NCBI GenBank assembly: GCA_963813155.1
Contig: CAWEYG010000003.1
Coordinates: 448,001 to 512,000, forward strand
DNA length: 64,000 nt
Source: an uncultured Acidobacteriota bacterium
GTDB taxonomy: Bacteria; Acidobacteriota; Thermoanaerobaculia; UBA5066; DATFVB01
Reading direction: 5' to 3'
Shown here piece after piece: positions 20,266-32,087 of this stretch. Position 1 is the stretch's first letter; every line of letters begins with the position of its first letter. A program made the position numbers and the translations under genes. The notes under the pieces are model-generated. The model saw nothing but the letters and a program-made list of their open reading frames with translations. It did not search any database and was not told the DNA's origin.

Positions 20266-23200
20266 AATCGCTTCCGAAACTTGATGTCGATCGAATAGAC
20301 GTTGTTCTCGTCCTTGCTCGCCTGCAGCAATTTGTTCGCGTCGATCTGATATTCGACGAGAACGATCGATTGGGCGTTCGTTTCCGCCGAATAGGAATAC
20401 GTCACCGAGAGGTCCCGCGAGAGATTCTTACCGACCGTGATGACCGCCCCGCCGCTCGTGCCGGCGGAGGACTGCAGGACCGGATCGATCTGAAAGCGGT
20501 CGAGCCGGAAGAGTTGCTGCACGCGGGAGGTCACGGGACGAATCGCGAGGCCCGCGACGCTTCCGACAATCGAATTCGTCGTCGAGCTCTCGGGCCTCTG
20601 AGCGCCTGCCGTCTCGGGCGTGGCGCCGGTCAGCAGCAGCGCCGTGAGCTGCTCCTCCGACAGGGGCGGGTCGGAGGAGAGATGGAACTGCACGCGCGAG
20701 CGTCCGCCGAGCGTTCCGACGGCCTGCACGTTGACCGAATATCCCTTCACGTCGGCCGTCGCGACGATGTCGACGACCGGTTCGGTTCTCTGCGGGTTTC
20801 CGAACGTGATCGTCCCCGACTCGATCTCGTACTTGGCGTCCTGAAACGTGATCTTGCCCCCCTCGTCGACACCGATCTGCCCGAGGAGAATCGGGTCGGC
20901 GAGCGAACCGCGCACGAGGAGGTCGACGGACGCGGTCAGCCGCGCGAGGTTGTTCCGAACCTCGAGGGAAGCGGAAGAGAGGATCTGGACCTCCAGCGAG
21001 ATTCGGTCCTGCCAGGAATTGCGGCTGCCGGAATACGCGGCCCCGCGCGACGGGGAAAAGAACGTCGCGAGCGTCGGCGCGAAATCCTTCGTGTACGTTC
21101 CGGAGAGCAGCGTCACCTGGCCCCGGGCCACCGAGCGGTCGGCGTCTCCGATCAGCGTGAGGTCGGCGTCCGCCTGCAGGCTCAACCCCTCGATCGAGCG
21201 CACGGTCACGTTCTGCGCCTGCGCGACGATCCGAAAGCCCTTCAGCGCGAGTCCCGAGAGCCGCGCGTCGCCCGAAGCCACGAGCTCGCCGCCCCCGATT
21301 CGCGATCGAAACGCCTCGAGGGTCGCCTGCGGCCCGTTCAGGGAGAGGATCGCCGAAATGTCCTCGAGGACGTACGGAGAAAACGCGGCGCGAAAGCGTC
21401 CCCGATCGAGCCCGATCCGGCCGCGGAGCGCCGGCTCCGAAAACGTGCCCGAAATTCCGAGGTCTGCCGACAGGAGGCCGCCGATCTCCGCGTCGACACC
21501 CGCGAAACCGGCCAGGAGGCTCGGGTCGATCGTGCCGCGAACCGTTCCCTCCATCGGGCGGGGATCCGCGACGCCGACCGACAGCGAGACGGACAGCGAA
21601 GTCTGGGGCGAACCGGCGAGGCGAGCGTTGGCCACCGAGATCCTGCCCCGGGCGTAGGTGGCCACGATCGGCTCCGCCTGCTCGACGGCCGCCTTCGGGC
21701 CGTTGGAGATCTTCAACTTCGAGAACGTCAGCTTCGACTCGACGATCGAGTCGTCCTTTGGATCGAGGCGAACGAATCCGGCCGCGGCGAGCTCGCCCCG
21801 AAACTCGGAAGGCAGCGCGGGGAACAGCGCCGGCAGCGTCGCGGGATCGGTCACCGCGAGCGCGACTTGCAGCTCGGGCCGCGGGCCCGAGATCTGACCC
21901 GACGCCGACAAAGACCACCGCTCCGGCGCGGCCGCCTCGAGCCGCAGGCTGCCCCGGTCGAGCGTCGCCGTGATCGCGGGCGCCTCTTCGTCGGGCACGG
22001 GGTGTCCGTAGAGGGAGAACTTTTTCGTCCGCACGGCGGCCGTGAGCGACGGACGGTCGAGGGTTCCTTCCCCTTCCGCGTGGAACGAGACGACGCCGTC
22101 CGCGACGTCCTTCAGGCTCGAGAGCGCCGCGACCCGGGCAATCGGGAGGTCGTCGGCCGCGATACGAAACCGGTACCCGCGGTTCGCGATCGTGAACGAG
22201 CCCTCCCCGCCGAGGACGGAATCCCCGACTTCGCCGCGGACCTTCTGCAGCCGGACCTCGCCGGGACTGAGGACGAGGGATCCGGTCAGTCGCGCGAGCG
22301 GCTGTCCGTAGACGACCGCGTCCTCGAGAACGATGTCGCCGCCGCCCGTCACCGCGTCGGGAGTTCCGCTCACGGGAAGAGTCCCCGTCGCCCGGCCCGT
22401 CACCGGGAAATCGAGGCCAAGATACTTGAGCCCTCGCTCGATCGGAAACCGCGACGCTTCCACGGTCAGGTCGAAGCTCGGGCTCCCGCGTTTCGGCGCA
22501 TACCTCGCGTACCCTGCGAGAGACAGCCGCGAATCCCCGTCGTAGGCCCGGAGCGGATGGAACAGGAACGAGCGGTCGGCGACGGAGAGATTCGAGTACA
22601 CCGTCCCCAGCCGGATACCGGCGAAGAAGACGTCCTCCGCGGAAAGGCTCGCCGAAACTTCGGGGACCGCCCACGTCCCGCGCAGGGAGCCGTCGATCCG
22701 GCCCGAGCCCTGGAGGCCGTAGGCCGCGGCCGGATGGCGGTCGATCGCCGAGGTGAAATTCGTCGCGAGCTTGTCGACCGACCGGAAATCGCGGGAGTCG
22801 ATCGAGAACTGGATCTTCGGGTTCCAATCGCCCATCGCGAAACCTCCGCTCCAGGCGAGGGTCGAGTCGGGAAAGCGGGCCGCGGCGTTCTCGAAGTCGA
22901 TGAACCCGCTTCGGATCGCGATGGGGCCTCCTCCCGACAACGACACGGCCCGGGGGCCCGCTTCGACGGGCGACAGCGAGAGATATCCCCCGCCGTCCCC
23001 CCGCTCGATCTCACTGCCGGACCAGCGTAAGCGAAATCGTCGCGTCCGCCGCCGAGGCGATCCCGGTGCCCGGCAGGCCGATGTCGGAGAAGAATTTCTC
23101 GACCGACAGGCGACGCCCCTCCACGAGCAGCTCGAACTGCTGGGGCGATGCGGAAAGGCGGCCGAGCCGGAAGATCCCGGCAATCGAGCCCCCTTCGAAG

Positions 23201-24196
23201 GCCGCCTGCTCGATTCGGGCGATCACCCCGGAAGGCGAGGCCGAAACCGTCGCGGTCATCTCGTTGAACTCGAATCCCTCCGCGCGAAGCTTCGGAATCT
23301 CGACGCGCCCGCCCAGCCGGAACCCGTCTTCTCCCCCGGCCTCCAGGTCCGCCAGAATCGCCGCCTTTCCCCGGAACGGAAGCTTCACGTGAAAGGCGGT
23401 CTCGACCTCCAGCGCATCGAGGTCGCCCGCAATCGACGCGCTGACGACCGGGAGGGAAAGCCGCGGGACCTCTCCGGTCGCGTGCAGCGTCCCGAACGCG
23501 CCGGCGACCGTGAGCGAATCGACGTGCAGCCGGTCGCCGCCGAGATCGAAACGGGTAGTCCAGGGAGAAGGGCACCGAGACGCCGTCCCGAAGCCGCAGC
23601 TCCGCCCGCCGGCAGTTCAGGCGGCCGAGGAACCGATTTCGGGGCCCCGTGGAATTCAGCTCGGCGACGAACGATCGCACGGCCAGATCCAGGGGCGCGC
23701 GAAGCTCGTTGAACAGAAACGTCCCGCCCGTCATCGCGATCCGGTCGATCTGGACCCGGACCGCGGACGCCCCCGATTTGCGTTTCAACCCGCGGGGAAG
23801 GTTGTCGCTGCCGTCCGGGAAGACCGCGACATGCAGCTGGGGATGCGACGCCGAGATCGACCCCAGCGTGAGCGTGCGCCCGATCCAGGAGACCCGGCCG
23901 GACAGCGACACTTCGTCCGCCGAGAAAAACGGCTGCGACTCGCCGGGAAGGCCGTCGATCCGGACACTGCGCACGGTGGCGCCCGGCGGCACGACGGAAA
24001 AGGAGATCTCCGAGAACGAAACCCGGCGATCGAGGGCCGAAGACGCGATCCGCACGAGGAGGGCGCGGCTCTCGCGCTGAAACCTCGCGGAGTGGTAAAC
24101 GGCGTACGCGCAGGCACAGGCGAACAGGAAAAGGAGGCCGAGGAGCCGGGCCGGCGAAATCCGCGAGAGCGGCGGAGCGGGATCGGTCGGGTTCAC
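20262..24196 (-). CDS. tamB: Translocation/assembly module TamB (DUF490); frameshifts near 23020-23560
   Basis: N-terminal TM anchor, beta-rich repeats, LSSDPPLSEEQ, ITVGKNLSRDLSVTY; adjacent to Omp85. Confidence 0.85.
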
Positions 24197-25047
24197 GCTC
24201 CCCAGTTGAGCTTCTCGGAAAGGGTCGTGAAATAGCCGTGCTGCGGCTTTCGCAGCAGCGTCACCGTCCGGCGGGACACCCGGGCCCGCAGCACCGACCG
24301 GGCCGGCAGCCGGTAGCCCTCCTGGCCGTCGAGCGTCAGGTAGATCCCCTCCGGCGTGCCCGCTTCCGCGGAAACTTCCAGCGTCTTGGTCGCCGGGAGA
24401 ACGATCGGGCGATGAGTCAGCGCATGCGGGCAGATCGGCGTCACGAGATACCCCTTCACCTCCGGGTGCAGGAGAGGCCCTCCCGCCGAAAGGTTGTAAG
24501 CGGTCGAGCCGGTCGGACTCGAGATGATCAGTCCGTCCGCGCGCATCGACGAGAAAGGCTTGCCGTCGAACCGAAGAGTGAATCTCGCGATCCGCGAGAG
24601 CGCGCCCCGGTTCAACACCGCGTCGTTGAGAACGCGCGACCGCTTCAGCCGGTCGCCGTCGTGGACCGAGATCTCCAGGAGCTGCCGCACGTCCCGGTCG
24701 AACCGCCCGAGCACGGCGTCCTCCACCAGGCTCTCGACCTCGCGGCCCGAAACGCCGGTGAGGAAGCCGAGCGTGCCGATGTTCACCCCCAGAATTTCGG
24801 CGCCGTCGGAAACCCCGCGCGCCGCCGACAGGAGCGTTCCGTCTCCCCCCAGCGTGACGACGAAATGGATGTCGCGGGGGATCCGGTTCCGCGGAAATCC
24901 GCGGGGAAGCCCGAGGGACGAAGCCGTTTCTTCGTCGAAAAGGACGTCGACGCCGTGACGTCGAAATTCTTCGGAGAGGCGGCGGGCGAGCGACTGCGCG
25001 GGCCGAACCTGCTTGGCCAGCAACGCCACTTTGATTCGCCGAGTCAC
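24193..25047 (-). CDS. nadK: NAD kinase
   Basis: GGDGTLL, GTLGFL, LND, DGLIISSPTGSTAYNLSAGG. Confidence 0.95.
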   Translation of the reverse strand: MTRRIKVALLAKQVRPAQSLARRLSEEFRRHGVDVLFDEETASSLGLPRGFPRNRIPRDIHFVVTLGGDGTLLSAARGVSDGAEILGVNIGTLGFLTGVSGREVESLVEDAVLGRFDRDVRQLLEISVHDGDRLKRSRVLNDAVLNRGALSRIARFTLRFDGKPFSSMRADGLIISSPTGSTAYNLSAGGPLLHPEVKGYLVTPICPHALTHRPIVLPATKTLEVSAEAGTPEGIYLTLDGQEGYRLPARSVLRARVSRRTVTLLRKPQHGYFTTLSEKLNWGA

Positions 25048-25060
25048 GAAAGAAACTTTA

Positions 25061-25792
25061 TCAGCGTTTCGCGAAACCGAGCAGGAATTCCCGGTTTCCC
25101 CGGGAGCCGAGAATCGGGCTCGCCGTCTCTCCGATCGGAGAGAGTCCCAGCCTCCCGGCTTCGGAGCGAATCTCCTCGACGACTCGCCGATGAACCTCGG
25201 GATCGGTCACGATTCCTCCCCGGGGAACCTCCTCCCGCCGCGCCTCGAACTGGGGCTTGACGAGGACGATCACGATTCCGCCCGTTTCGAGGAGAGAGAC
25301 GACCGGTCCGAGCACCTTCCGCGCGGAAATGAAGGACACGTCGATCGCCGCCGCGCCGATCGGCTCGGGAACGATTTCCGGCCCGATCGATCTCGCGTTC
25401 GTGTTTTCGCGCAGGACGACCCGGGGATCGGCGCGCAGGCGAGAATCGATCTGTCCGTAGCCGGTGTCGACCGCGTAGACGCGCGCCGCTCCGCGCTGGA
25501 GAAAGCAATCCGTGAATCCTCCCGTCGACGCGCCCACGTCGAGGCAAACGCGACCCTCGACGGACACCTCGAACGCGGCCAGCGCCGCCGCGAGCTTCAC
25601 TCCCCCTCGCGACACGAAAGGATGCGGCGGCTCGCGCACCTCGATTGCGGCGTCCGGGCCGACGAGAAGGCCCGCCGTGGGCCGCTCGACCCCTTCGACG
25701 GCGACCCGCCCGGCGAGAATCAACGCCCTGGCCGTTTCGACCCGGACGGCCAACCCCCGCGAGACGAGAAGGTCGTCGAGCCTGGACTTCAC
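25061..25792 (-). CDS. tlyA: TlyA family rRNA methyltransferase
   Basis: S4 domain RLDDLLV, FVSRGGVKL, DVGASTGGFTD, DVSFIS, LVKPQFE, GNREF. Confidence 0.95.
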   Translation of the reverse strand: MKSRLDDLLVSRGLAVRVETARALILAGRVAVEGVERPTAGLLVGPDAAIEVREPPHPFVSRGGVKLAAALAAFEVSVEGRVCLDVGASTGGFTDCFLQRGAARVYAVDTGYGQIDSRLRADPRVVLRENTNARSIGPEIVPEPIGAAAIDVSFISARKVLGPVVSLLETGGIVIVLVKPQFEARREEVPRGGIVTDPEVHRRVVEEIRSEAGRLGLSPIGETASPILGSRGNREFLLGFAKR

Positions 25793-26142
25793 GAATTCGG
25801 CGAGCGAGGGATCCCGGCGGGGGCGTCGGCCGTCTCTCCGGCGAAGAAGTGAGCCACGGATTCGAAGGGTCTCGCGTGCTCGAGGTCGAACGAAACGCCG
25901 AAGCGCGCGAACCCGCGCGCGACCTCGTTCCATTCCTCGGAGGCGGCCGCGACCGCCATCGCTTTTCGGCTGAGCCAGAAAGTCAGAATGGCCCGGCCGC
26001 CGCCCTCCGGGTCGCGCAGCACGAACACGGCGGAACATCCCATTCGGCCGCGGACCATCGGCAGCGCGGCTCCGCTCGCGTACGAATCGAATTCGGCGTC
26101 GAGCGGCGGAGCGAGGTGGATTTCCCAGAGGCGTCCGACCAC
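25789..26142 (-). CDS. Small dimeric alpha-beta barrel (ABM-like) hypothetical protein
   Basis: GGAG RBS plus GTG start; RLWE...GCSAVFVLR...ILTFWLSRKAM pattern. Confidence 0.5.
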   Translation of the reverse strand: MVGRLWEIHLAPPLDAEFDSYASGAALPMVRGRMGCSAVFVLRDPEGGGRAILTFWLSRKAMAVAAASEEWNEVARGFARFGVSFDLEHARPFESVAHFFAGETADAPAGIPRSPNS

Positions 26143-26150
26143 GGGACTCC

Positions 26151-26670
26151 TCAGCTTCCCTGGTCGATCGCGAGGAGCTCCTCGTCGGCGTCGTAGCTGA
26201 AGAGCTCGGCGTAGCGGCCCCAGTTGACGACGGTTTTGAAGATCGTTTCCGGGTTCTCGTCCGGGAGCCACATCACCAGCTCCTCCAGCACGATGTCCTT
26301 CGGAAGCGAAGTATCTTCCTGCCGCCGCAGGAGCGTCTCGATCGCGGCGAACAGCGGGACCTTTCCGGATCTTTTCGCGGATGGTGCGCTTCTTCTCGTT
26401 CATCGGCAATTCCATGGTGGCCTTGCCGAACGGCTCGAGGACGACGTCCGAGCCGGGCGTGCTCACGAGACCGAGCATTTCGGCGGCTTTCACGACCGCG
26501 AGAAGCTCTCCGAATTCGATGTGCAGGTCCGCCGCGAGCCTCCCCATCGGTTCCTTGCCTCCCCGGTCGTCGAGCGTTTCGAGCAGGCCGAGAACGCGGG
26601 AGATCCCGCAGACGGGGATCGGTTCGATTTCGAAACTGGGTGTCGGTGTTTCTGGTTCTTTCATATTCAA
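26151..26670 (-). CDS. AAA-associated domain protein (normally the C-terminal part of NitT/TauT ATPases); frameshift near 26360
   Basis: GLLETLDDRGGKE, VKAAEMLG, TVVNWGRYAELFSYD. Confidence 0.75.
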
Positions 26671-27479
26671 GCTATCAAGGAAAAGATCTCGCCCACGATT
26701 TGATTCAGGGCGGGATCGCGGCGGTCCCTCGGCCGCGGCAATTCGATTTTTCGGTCGGTGATGATCTGGCCGGGGTGGGAAGAAAGCACGATCACTCGGT
26801 CGGCGAGCTCGACGGCTTCCTCGATGGTGTGCGTCACGAGGATCGCGACCGAAATGAGGATCTCGGGGTCGCGGAAGAGATCGATCAGCTCTTCCCTCAG
26901 GTTGATCGTCGTGAGAGCGTCCAGCGCCGAGAAAGGCTCGTCCATCAGCAGGATCTTCGGCTCGACGGCGAGAGCCCGGGCGAATCCGACCCGCTGTTTC
27001 ATGCCTCCGGACAGCTCCCGCGGATACGCCTCTTCGTAGCCGTCGAGGCCGACCTTGTCGATGTAGAAGTTCGCCTTCTTGCGCCGCTCCTCCGGCGGAA
27101 GTCCCCGGGCGTCGAGCCCGAGCTCGACGTTTTCCAGCACCGTGAGCCAGGGAAGCAGCGCGAACGACTGGAAGACCATCGCGCAGTCGAGATTGACGCC
27201 CGATTGCCGGCTCCCGTTGTAGACGACTTCGCCCGCGGACGGCGGGATGAGGCCGGCGATGATTCTCAGAAGCGTCGATTTCCCCGAACCCGAGGGGCCG
27301 ACCAGCGCGATGAATTCGCCCGCCGAAGCCTCGAACGAAATGTCCTCGAGCACGGGCAGGGGGCCCGTCGGAAGCTCGAATTCCTTCGAGATCTTCACGA
27401 CCGAGAGCGACAGAGGAGCCTTGCCCCTCGATTCGGAAGGCGCCTCGCCGGGCTTCGGAGTGGCGGAGGGCTCAAGCAT
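26667..27479 (-). CDS. NitT/TauT family ABC transporter ATP-binding protein
   Basis: GPSGSGKST, LSGGMKQRVG, LMDEPFSALD. Confidence 0.92.
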   Translation of the reverse strand: MLEPSATPKPGEAPSESRGKAPLSLSVVKISKEFELPTGPLPVLEDISFEASAGEFIALVGPSGSGKSTLLRIIAGLIPPSAGEVVYNGSRQSGVNLDCAMVFQSFALLPWLTVLENVELGLDARGLPPEERRKKANFYIDKVGLDGYEEAYPRELSGGMKQRVGFARALAVEPKILLMDEPFSALDALTTINLREELIDLFRDPEILISVAILVTHTIEEAVELADRVIVLSSHPGQIITDRKIELPRPRDRRDPALNQIVGEIFSLIA

Positions 27480-29082
27480 CGATTCGGAATCTTACGGAAG
27501 CGAACGCGTAAAGTCGCCTCCAAATCAGCCGGTTGAGGATTCCGATCGCGAGGACCATCGACACGAGCGACCACGCCAGGAGGCGGGTATCGCCCGAAAC
27601 GGTCGCCCGCTGAAGGAGCTGGCCGATTCCCGGGGCCTCGTAGATCCGGTTTCCGTAGGCAACGTATTCCGACAGGATCAGCGCGTTCCAGCCGCCGCCC
27701 CACCCGGTCACGCTGCCGGTGATGAGGGACGGGGCCATGGCCGGCAGGATCGCCTTGCGGGCGCGGGCGGGAAACGTCAGCCCGAACGAGCGCGTCATTT
27801 CCTTCATCTCGCCCGGGACCTGCCTCGCCCCGGCGAGGGCGTTGAAGAGGAGATACCACTGCATCCCCGTGAGGACGAGCAGGATGGACGCGACGTTCAC
27901 GCTCCCGAGCTCCCGAACAACGAAGAACACGATGAGCGGGAAAAAGGCCGTCGCCGGAATCGAGGCCACGACTTCCGCGACGGGCGTCACGATCTTCGCC
28001 ACGCGATCGTTCTCGCCGACCCAGAGCGAAAGGGGGACCGTCCAGGCGAGCGAGATCGCATAAGCGACGCACAGCCTCAGGAACGAGAAGAGGATCGCGC
28101 GGGGAATCTGGACGGCCTCGGGCGGCACGGGCGGCTTCAGGTGCGAAACGAGAACCACGGCGAGGGCCGCCGCGGCGGTCGCCGCCCCGAGCCAGAAAAA
28201 GACGCGCCAGACCCTGCGAAGACCGGCCACGACTTTCGCCGCGGCACTTTCGGGGGGAAGCCGTTCGACCCGGAGAATCGGGCGGTCGAGCCACGACCAT
28301 CCGATTTCGAACGCCCGGCCCAGAGCCCGGCCGATTCCGCGTTGGCGGTAGAAGTCGAACACGCGGCTGTCGCCGACGGCGCCCGCCGTGAACTCGAACC
28401 GGTACTTCTCCGCCCAGACCGTCAGCGGACGCCAGACGAGCACGTCGAGAAGCACGACGATCGCGACGAGCGCGCCGATTCCCATGGCCATGCCGCGCGC
28501 GTCCCCCTTCTCCATCGACTTCTGAATGAACGACCCGAGGCCGGGAAGCGAATAGGTGTTCTTCCCGAGCGAAATGATCTCGCACGCGACGAGGAAGTAC
28601 CACCCCGCCGCCCACGACAGGATCGAGTTGTAGACGAGCTTGGGCACCGAAGCCGGCAACTCGAGCTGGCGAAACCGCTGCCACCGCGAGAGACCGAACG
28701 ACAGGACCGCTTCCGACGAGTCGGCGGGAAGCGTCGTGACCGCCTCGTAGACGCCAAAGGCCATGTTCCAGGCCTGCCCCGTGAAGATCAGGAAGACCGC
28801 CGCCAGCTCGATCCCCAGCCGGCCGCCCCCGGTGAGCGCAATGAAGAAATAGACGGCCGCCGGAAAGAACCCGAGGACCGGCACCGATTGAAGAACGTCG
28901 AGTATGGGAATGAGGATCCGCTCGGCCTTTTTCGAGCGCCCCGCGGCGACGCCGTACGCGATCGCGAAAACGAGAGAGAACGCGTAAGCCGCGAGCATTC
29001 TCAGGAACGAGAATCCGGCGGCGGCGGCGAGCTTCGAAGCCGGCATCGCAGCCATTCTCGCCGCGGCGCCGGACAGGATCAA
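27472..29082 (-). CDS. NitT/TauT family ABC transporter permease (duplicated domain)
   Basis: LDVLQSVPVLGF, QAWNMAF, GWGGGWNALILSE. Confidence 0.9.
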   Translation of the reverse strand: MILSGAAARMAAMPASKLAAAAGFSFLRMLAAYAFSLVFAIAYGVAAGRSKKAERILIPILDVLQSVPVLGFFPAAVYFFIALTGGGRLGIELAAVFLIFTGQAWNMAFGVYEAVTTLPADSSEAVLSFGLSRWQRFRQLELPASVPKLVYNSILSWAAGWYFLVACEIISLGKNTYSLPGLGSFIQKSMEKGDARGMAMGIGALVAIVVLLDVLVWRPLTVWAEKYRFEFTAGAVGDSRVFDFYRQRGIGRALGRAFEIGWSWLDRPILRVERLPPESAAAKVVAGLRRVWRVFFWLGAATAAAALAVVLVSHLKPPVPPEAVQIPRAILFSFLRLCVAYAISLAWTVPLSLWVGENDRVAKIVTPVAEVVASIPATAFFPLIVFFVVRELGSVNVASILLVLTGMQWYLLFNALAGARQVPGEMKEMTRSFGLTFPARARKAILPAMAPSLITGSVTGWGGGWNALILSEYVAYGNRIYEAPGIGQLLQRATVSGDTRLLAWSLVSMVLAIGILNRLIWRRLYAFASVRFRIDA

Positions 29083-29085
29083 GAA

Positions 29086-30838
29086 TTATCGGCGCCGAGC
29101 GAGTTCGTCCGGCCGGAGAGCGAGCGCGATGGCCGCCGACAGCTTTTCGCCGGTCACCGGCTTGACGAGGTGAGCGAGGACCCCCGCTTCCCGGCTCCGC
29201 GCGAGGTCGCTCTCGGTCCCATAGCCGCTCACGACGATCGCGCGGACCGGCCGGATCTGCGCGAGCTTGTCCGGCAGCGCCAGACCGCTTCCGTCGGGAA
29301 GCCCGATGTCGGTGACGACGAGGTCGGCGGAGTTCGCCCGATGCGCGGCGACCGCCTCCGCGATCGATCCGGCGACCTCCACGTCGTGGCCCTGGAGCCG
29401 CAGAAGGGCCTCGATCGCCCGGGCCGTGTCCGCATGATCCTCCACCACGAGAATGCGTATCCGCCCAACGTCGACCGCTTCTTCGCGTTGCGCCGCCGTC
29501 GCCGTTCTCCGCGGGCCGCGGAATCGTCGGAAACGTCACCTCGAAAGCCGATCCCCGGTCCTTGCCTTCGCTTCGGGCGGCGATCGTCCCGCCGTGCTGG
29601 TCCACGATCGCCTTGGCGATCGAGAGACCGAGGCCGAGCCCGCCCAGTCCGCCGGCTTCGGAGCCCTGCTGGAACGGCTGGAAGATCCTCGAAAGGTTGC
29701 CGGGCGAGATTCCGATCCCGGTGTCCGAGACCACGAGCCGCACCCGGGCCCCCGGACCGTCGAAGGTCCGGATCGAAATCGAGCCCCCCTCCGGAGTGAA
29801 TTTCGCGGCGTTCTTCAGAAGATTCCAGCAGACCTGCTCGAGCCTCGCCGGATCGCCGCGCACGTGATGCGCCCGAGCTTCGAGGTTCAGGTGAAGCGCG
29901 ATCTTCCCGGCTTCGATCTCGGGCTGGCAGGTCTCGACCGCATGCCGGACCACGGAGTCGAGATCCACGGCGACCGTCCGGAGCTCGATTTTTCCCTGGA
30001 TCGCCCGGGCGTGGTCGAGGAGATCGTCGATCAAGCGGGTTTCGAGCTCGACGTTGCGCCGGATCATCGCCGTCGTCTCGCGCGCGGCAGCGGAGAGGTT
30101 CTCGCGCTCGAGCAGCTGCGTGCCCGCAAAGATCGGCGTGAGCGGAGTTCTCAATTCGTGAGAAAGAGACGCGAGGAACCGGTCTTTCTGCGCGTTCGCC
30201 TCCTCGGCGGATTGCCTCGCTTCCGCCAGCGACCGGGCGGCCGAATCCCGCCGGCGAAGATCCCGGTGAAACGCGACGATCAGGAGCAGCAGGAGAGCCC
30301 CGCCGGCGGCCAGCGTCGCGATCGTGAAGATCGTGACACTGCGGCTCTCGGCCTGCCGCTGGCGCAGGAGCGCCTTCTCGGCCTCTTCCAGGTCGGCCAC
30401 GAGCCGCCTCACGCGCTCCGTCGCGCCGGGATTCACGAGCGCGGCGGCCTCGTCCAGGCCATCCCGGTCGCGCGTCTCGTCGAGGCTCCGAAGCTCCGAG
30501 AGACGATCGAGAGCGGCGTCCCGCAGGGCCTCGACGGCCCGGCGCTGGGGCGGGTTGTCGGCGACGAGGATCTCGAGCTTCCCGAAATGCCCTTCGAGCG
30601 CGGTCCGAACCCCTCCGATGGAATAGCGGGGATCCCCCGTGAGGAGATAAGCCCGCTCGTTGGACTCCGCGGTCGTGACGACGTCCTGCGTTTCGGCGAG
30701 CTCCGTCAGCACGTTCTTGGTGTGGTTCACCCAGCCCGCCGCGCGGACCAGGCGCGAGATGTTCCACACCGTCGCGACGGTGAGCAGGAAGTGCGCCGCG
30801 TAGAGCGCTCCCATCGACAGGCCGGACCGCTTTTTCAC
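29086..30838 (-). CDS. Hybrid sensor histidine kinase (CHASE3-HisKA-HATPase-REC); frameshift near 29480
   Basis: WVNHT..AESNERAYLLTG, SHELRTPL, NLLKNAAKFT, GLGLGL; receiver VEDH...TDIGLPDGSG...KP. Confidence 0.88.
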
Positions 30839-30872
30839 GAGCTTCAGGAGCTTATCGGAAGTGCGCTGTTGA

Positions 30873-32087
30873 TCACTCGTAGCGCAGCGCGTCGATCGGA
30901 TCCAGTCGCGACGCCTTGCGGGCGGGATAGAAGCCGAAGAAGATTCCGATCGCGGCCGAAAAACCGAAGGCGAGCGCGATCGACGCCGGAGAAACGTGGA
31001 CCGGCAGGCCTCCCTTGGCCGACACGACCGCGGACGCCCCGATCCCCACGGCGATCCCGATCAGGCCCCCGAAGACCGCGAGCGTGACCGCTTCGATCAG
31101 AAACTGCACGAGCACGTGAGTGCCTTTCGCTCCGATCGCCATTCGGATCCCGATCTCGCGGGTCCTCTCCGTGACCGAAACGAGCATGATGTTCATGATG
31201 CCGATGCCGCCGACGAGCAGCGAGATCGCCGCGGCGGAGGCGAGAAGGAGCGAAAGGGTCTTGGACGACTGCTCGGACATCTGCGCGAATTCCTGCTGCG
31301 ACCGCATCGTGAAATCCGACTCCTGGTTGGGGCCGAGGTGATGTCTCTGCCGAAGGAGCGCCGTGATTTCTTCCTGCGCCTGGTCGACCGTGCCCACCGA
31401 CGTCGCGGAAACGTAGATCGAGTTCAGCTTGTTCTTTCCGATCAACCGCTTGAGCGCGGTCGTGTACGGGATGATGACGACGTCATCCTGATCTCCCATC
31501 ATCGAGCCGCCCTTTTTCTCGAGAACGCCGGCGACCTTGAAGGGAACGTTCTTGATCCTCACCATCTGCCCGACGGCGTTTCCCGCCGGGAACAGGTTGT
31601 CGTTGACGGTGCCGCCGAGAACGCAGACCTTCGACGCCGCGCGAACGTCGGAATCCGTGAAAAACCCCCCTTGAACGGTGTTCCACGTGCGAACGAGCGG
31701 CCATTCGACGCCGACCCCCTGAATCGACGTGCCCCAGTTCGTCTCGCCGGAGACCACCTGCGCGGAGGTGCGGGCGATCGGCGTCATGTACGCCACGGAG
31801 GGGCAGTCCGCCTTGATCGCGTTCGCGTCGTCCTCCGTGAGGAACGACTGGTCGCTGAAGAGATGAGCCCCTCCCTGGGTCGAAGCCCCGGGAAAAATCA
31901 TGACGAAATTCGAACCGAGCGATTCGATCTGCGACTGGATCGACTCCGACGCCCCCGCGCCGATCGCGATCATCGCGATCACGCATCCCACACCGATGAT
32001 GATTCCCAGCATCGTCAGCGCCGAACGGAGCTTGTTCCGGAGGATCGCCTGCATGCCGACCTTCAGGATCATCGCGAAACGCTTCAT
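30873..32087 (-). CDS. MacB/FtsX-type ABC permease
   Basis: RSALTMLGIIIG, VGGIGIMNIMLVSVTERTREIG, PARKASRLDPIDALRYE. Confidence 0.93.
   Translation of the reverse strand: MKRFAMILKVGMQAILRNKLRSALTMLGIIIGVGCVIAMIAIGAGASESIQSQIESLGSNFVMIFPGASTQGGAHLFSDQSFLTEDDANAIKADCPSVAYMTPIARTSAQVVSGETNWGTSIQGVGVEWPLVRTWNTVQGGFFTDSDVRAASKVCVLGGTVNDNLFPAGNAVGQMVRIKNVPFKVAGVLEKKGGSMMGDQDDVVIIPYTTALKRLIGKNKLNSIYVSATSVGTVDQAQEEITALLRQRHHLGPNQESDFTMRSQQEFAQMSEQSSKTLSLLLASAAAISLLVGGIGIMNIMLVSVTERTREIGIRMAIGAKGTHVLVQFLIEAVTLAVFGGLIGIAVGIGASAVVSAKGGLPVHVSPASIALAFGFSAAIGIFFGFYPARKASRLDPIDALRYE

Noticed and set aside
20262-24196. Programmed frameshifting or true pseudogenisation of tamB, czcA, tolC and others
   Set aside because: Scattered single-base indels, often in homopolymers, across many unrelated genes are best explained as sequencing error; cannot be resolved without reads
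27395-30838. 1147-aa kinase-permease fusion ORF
   Set aside because: Artefact of a frameshift before the receiver domain; the tail is an off-frame read of the permease
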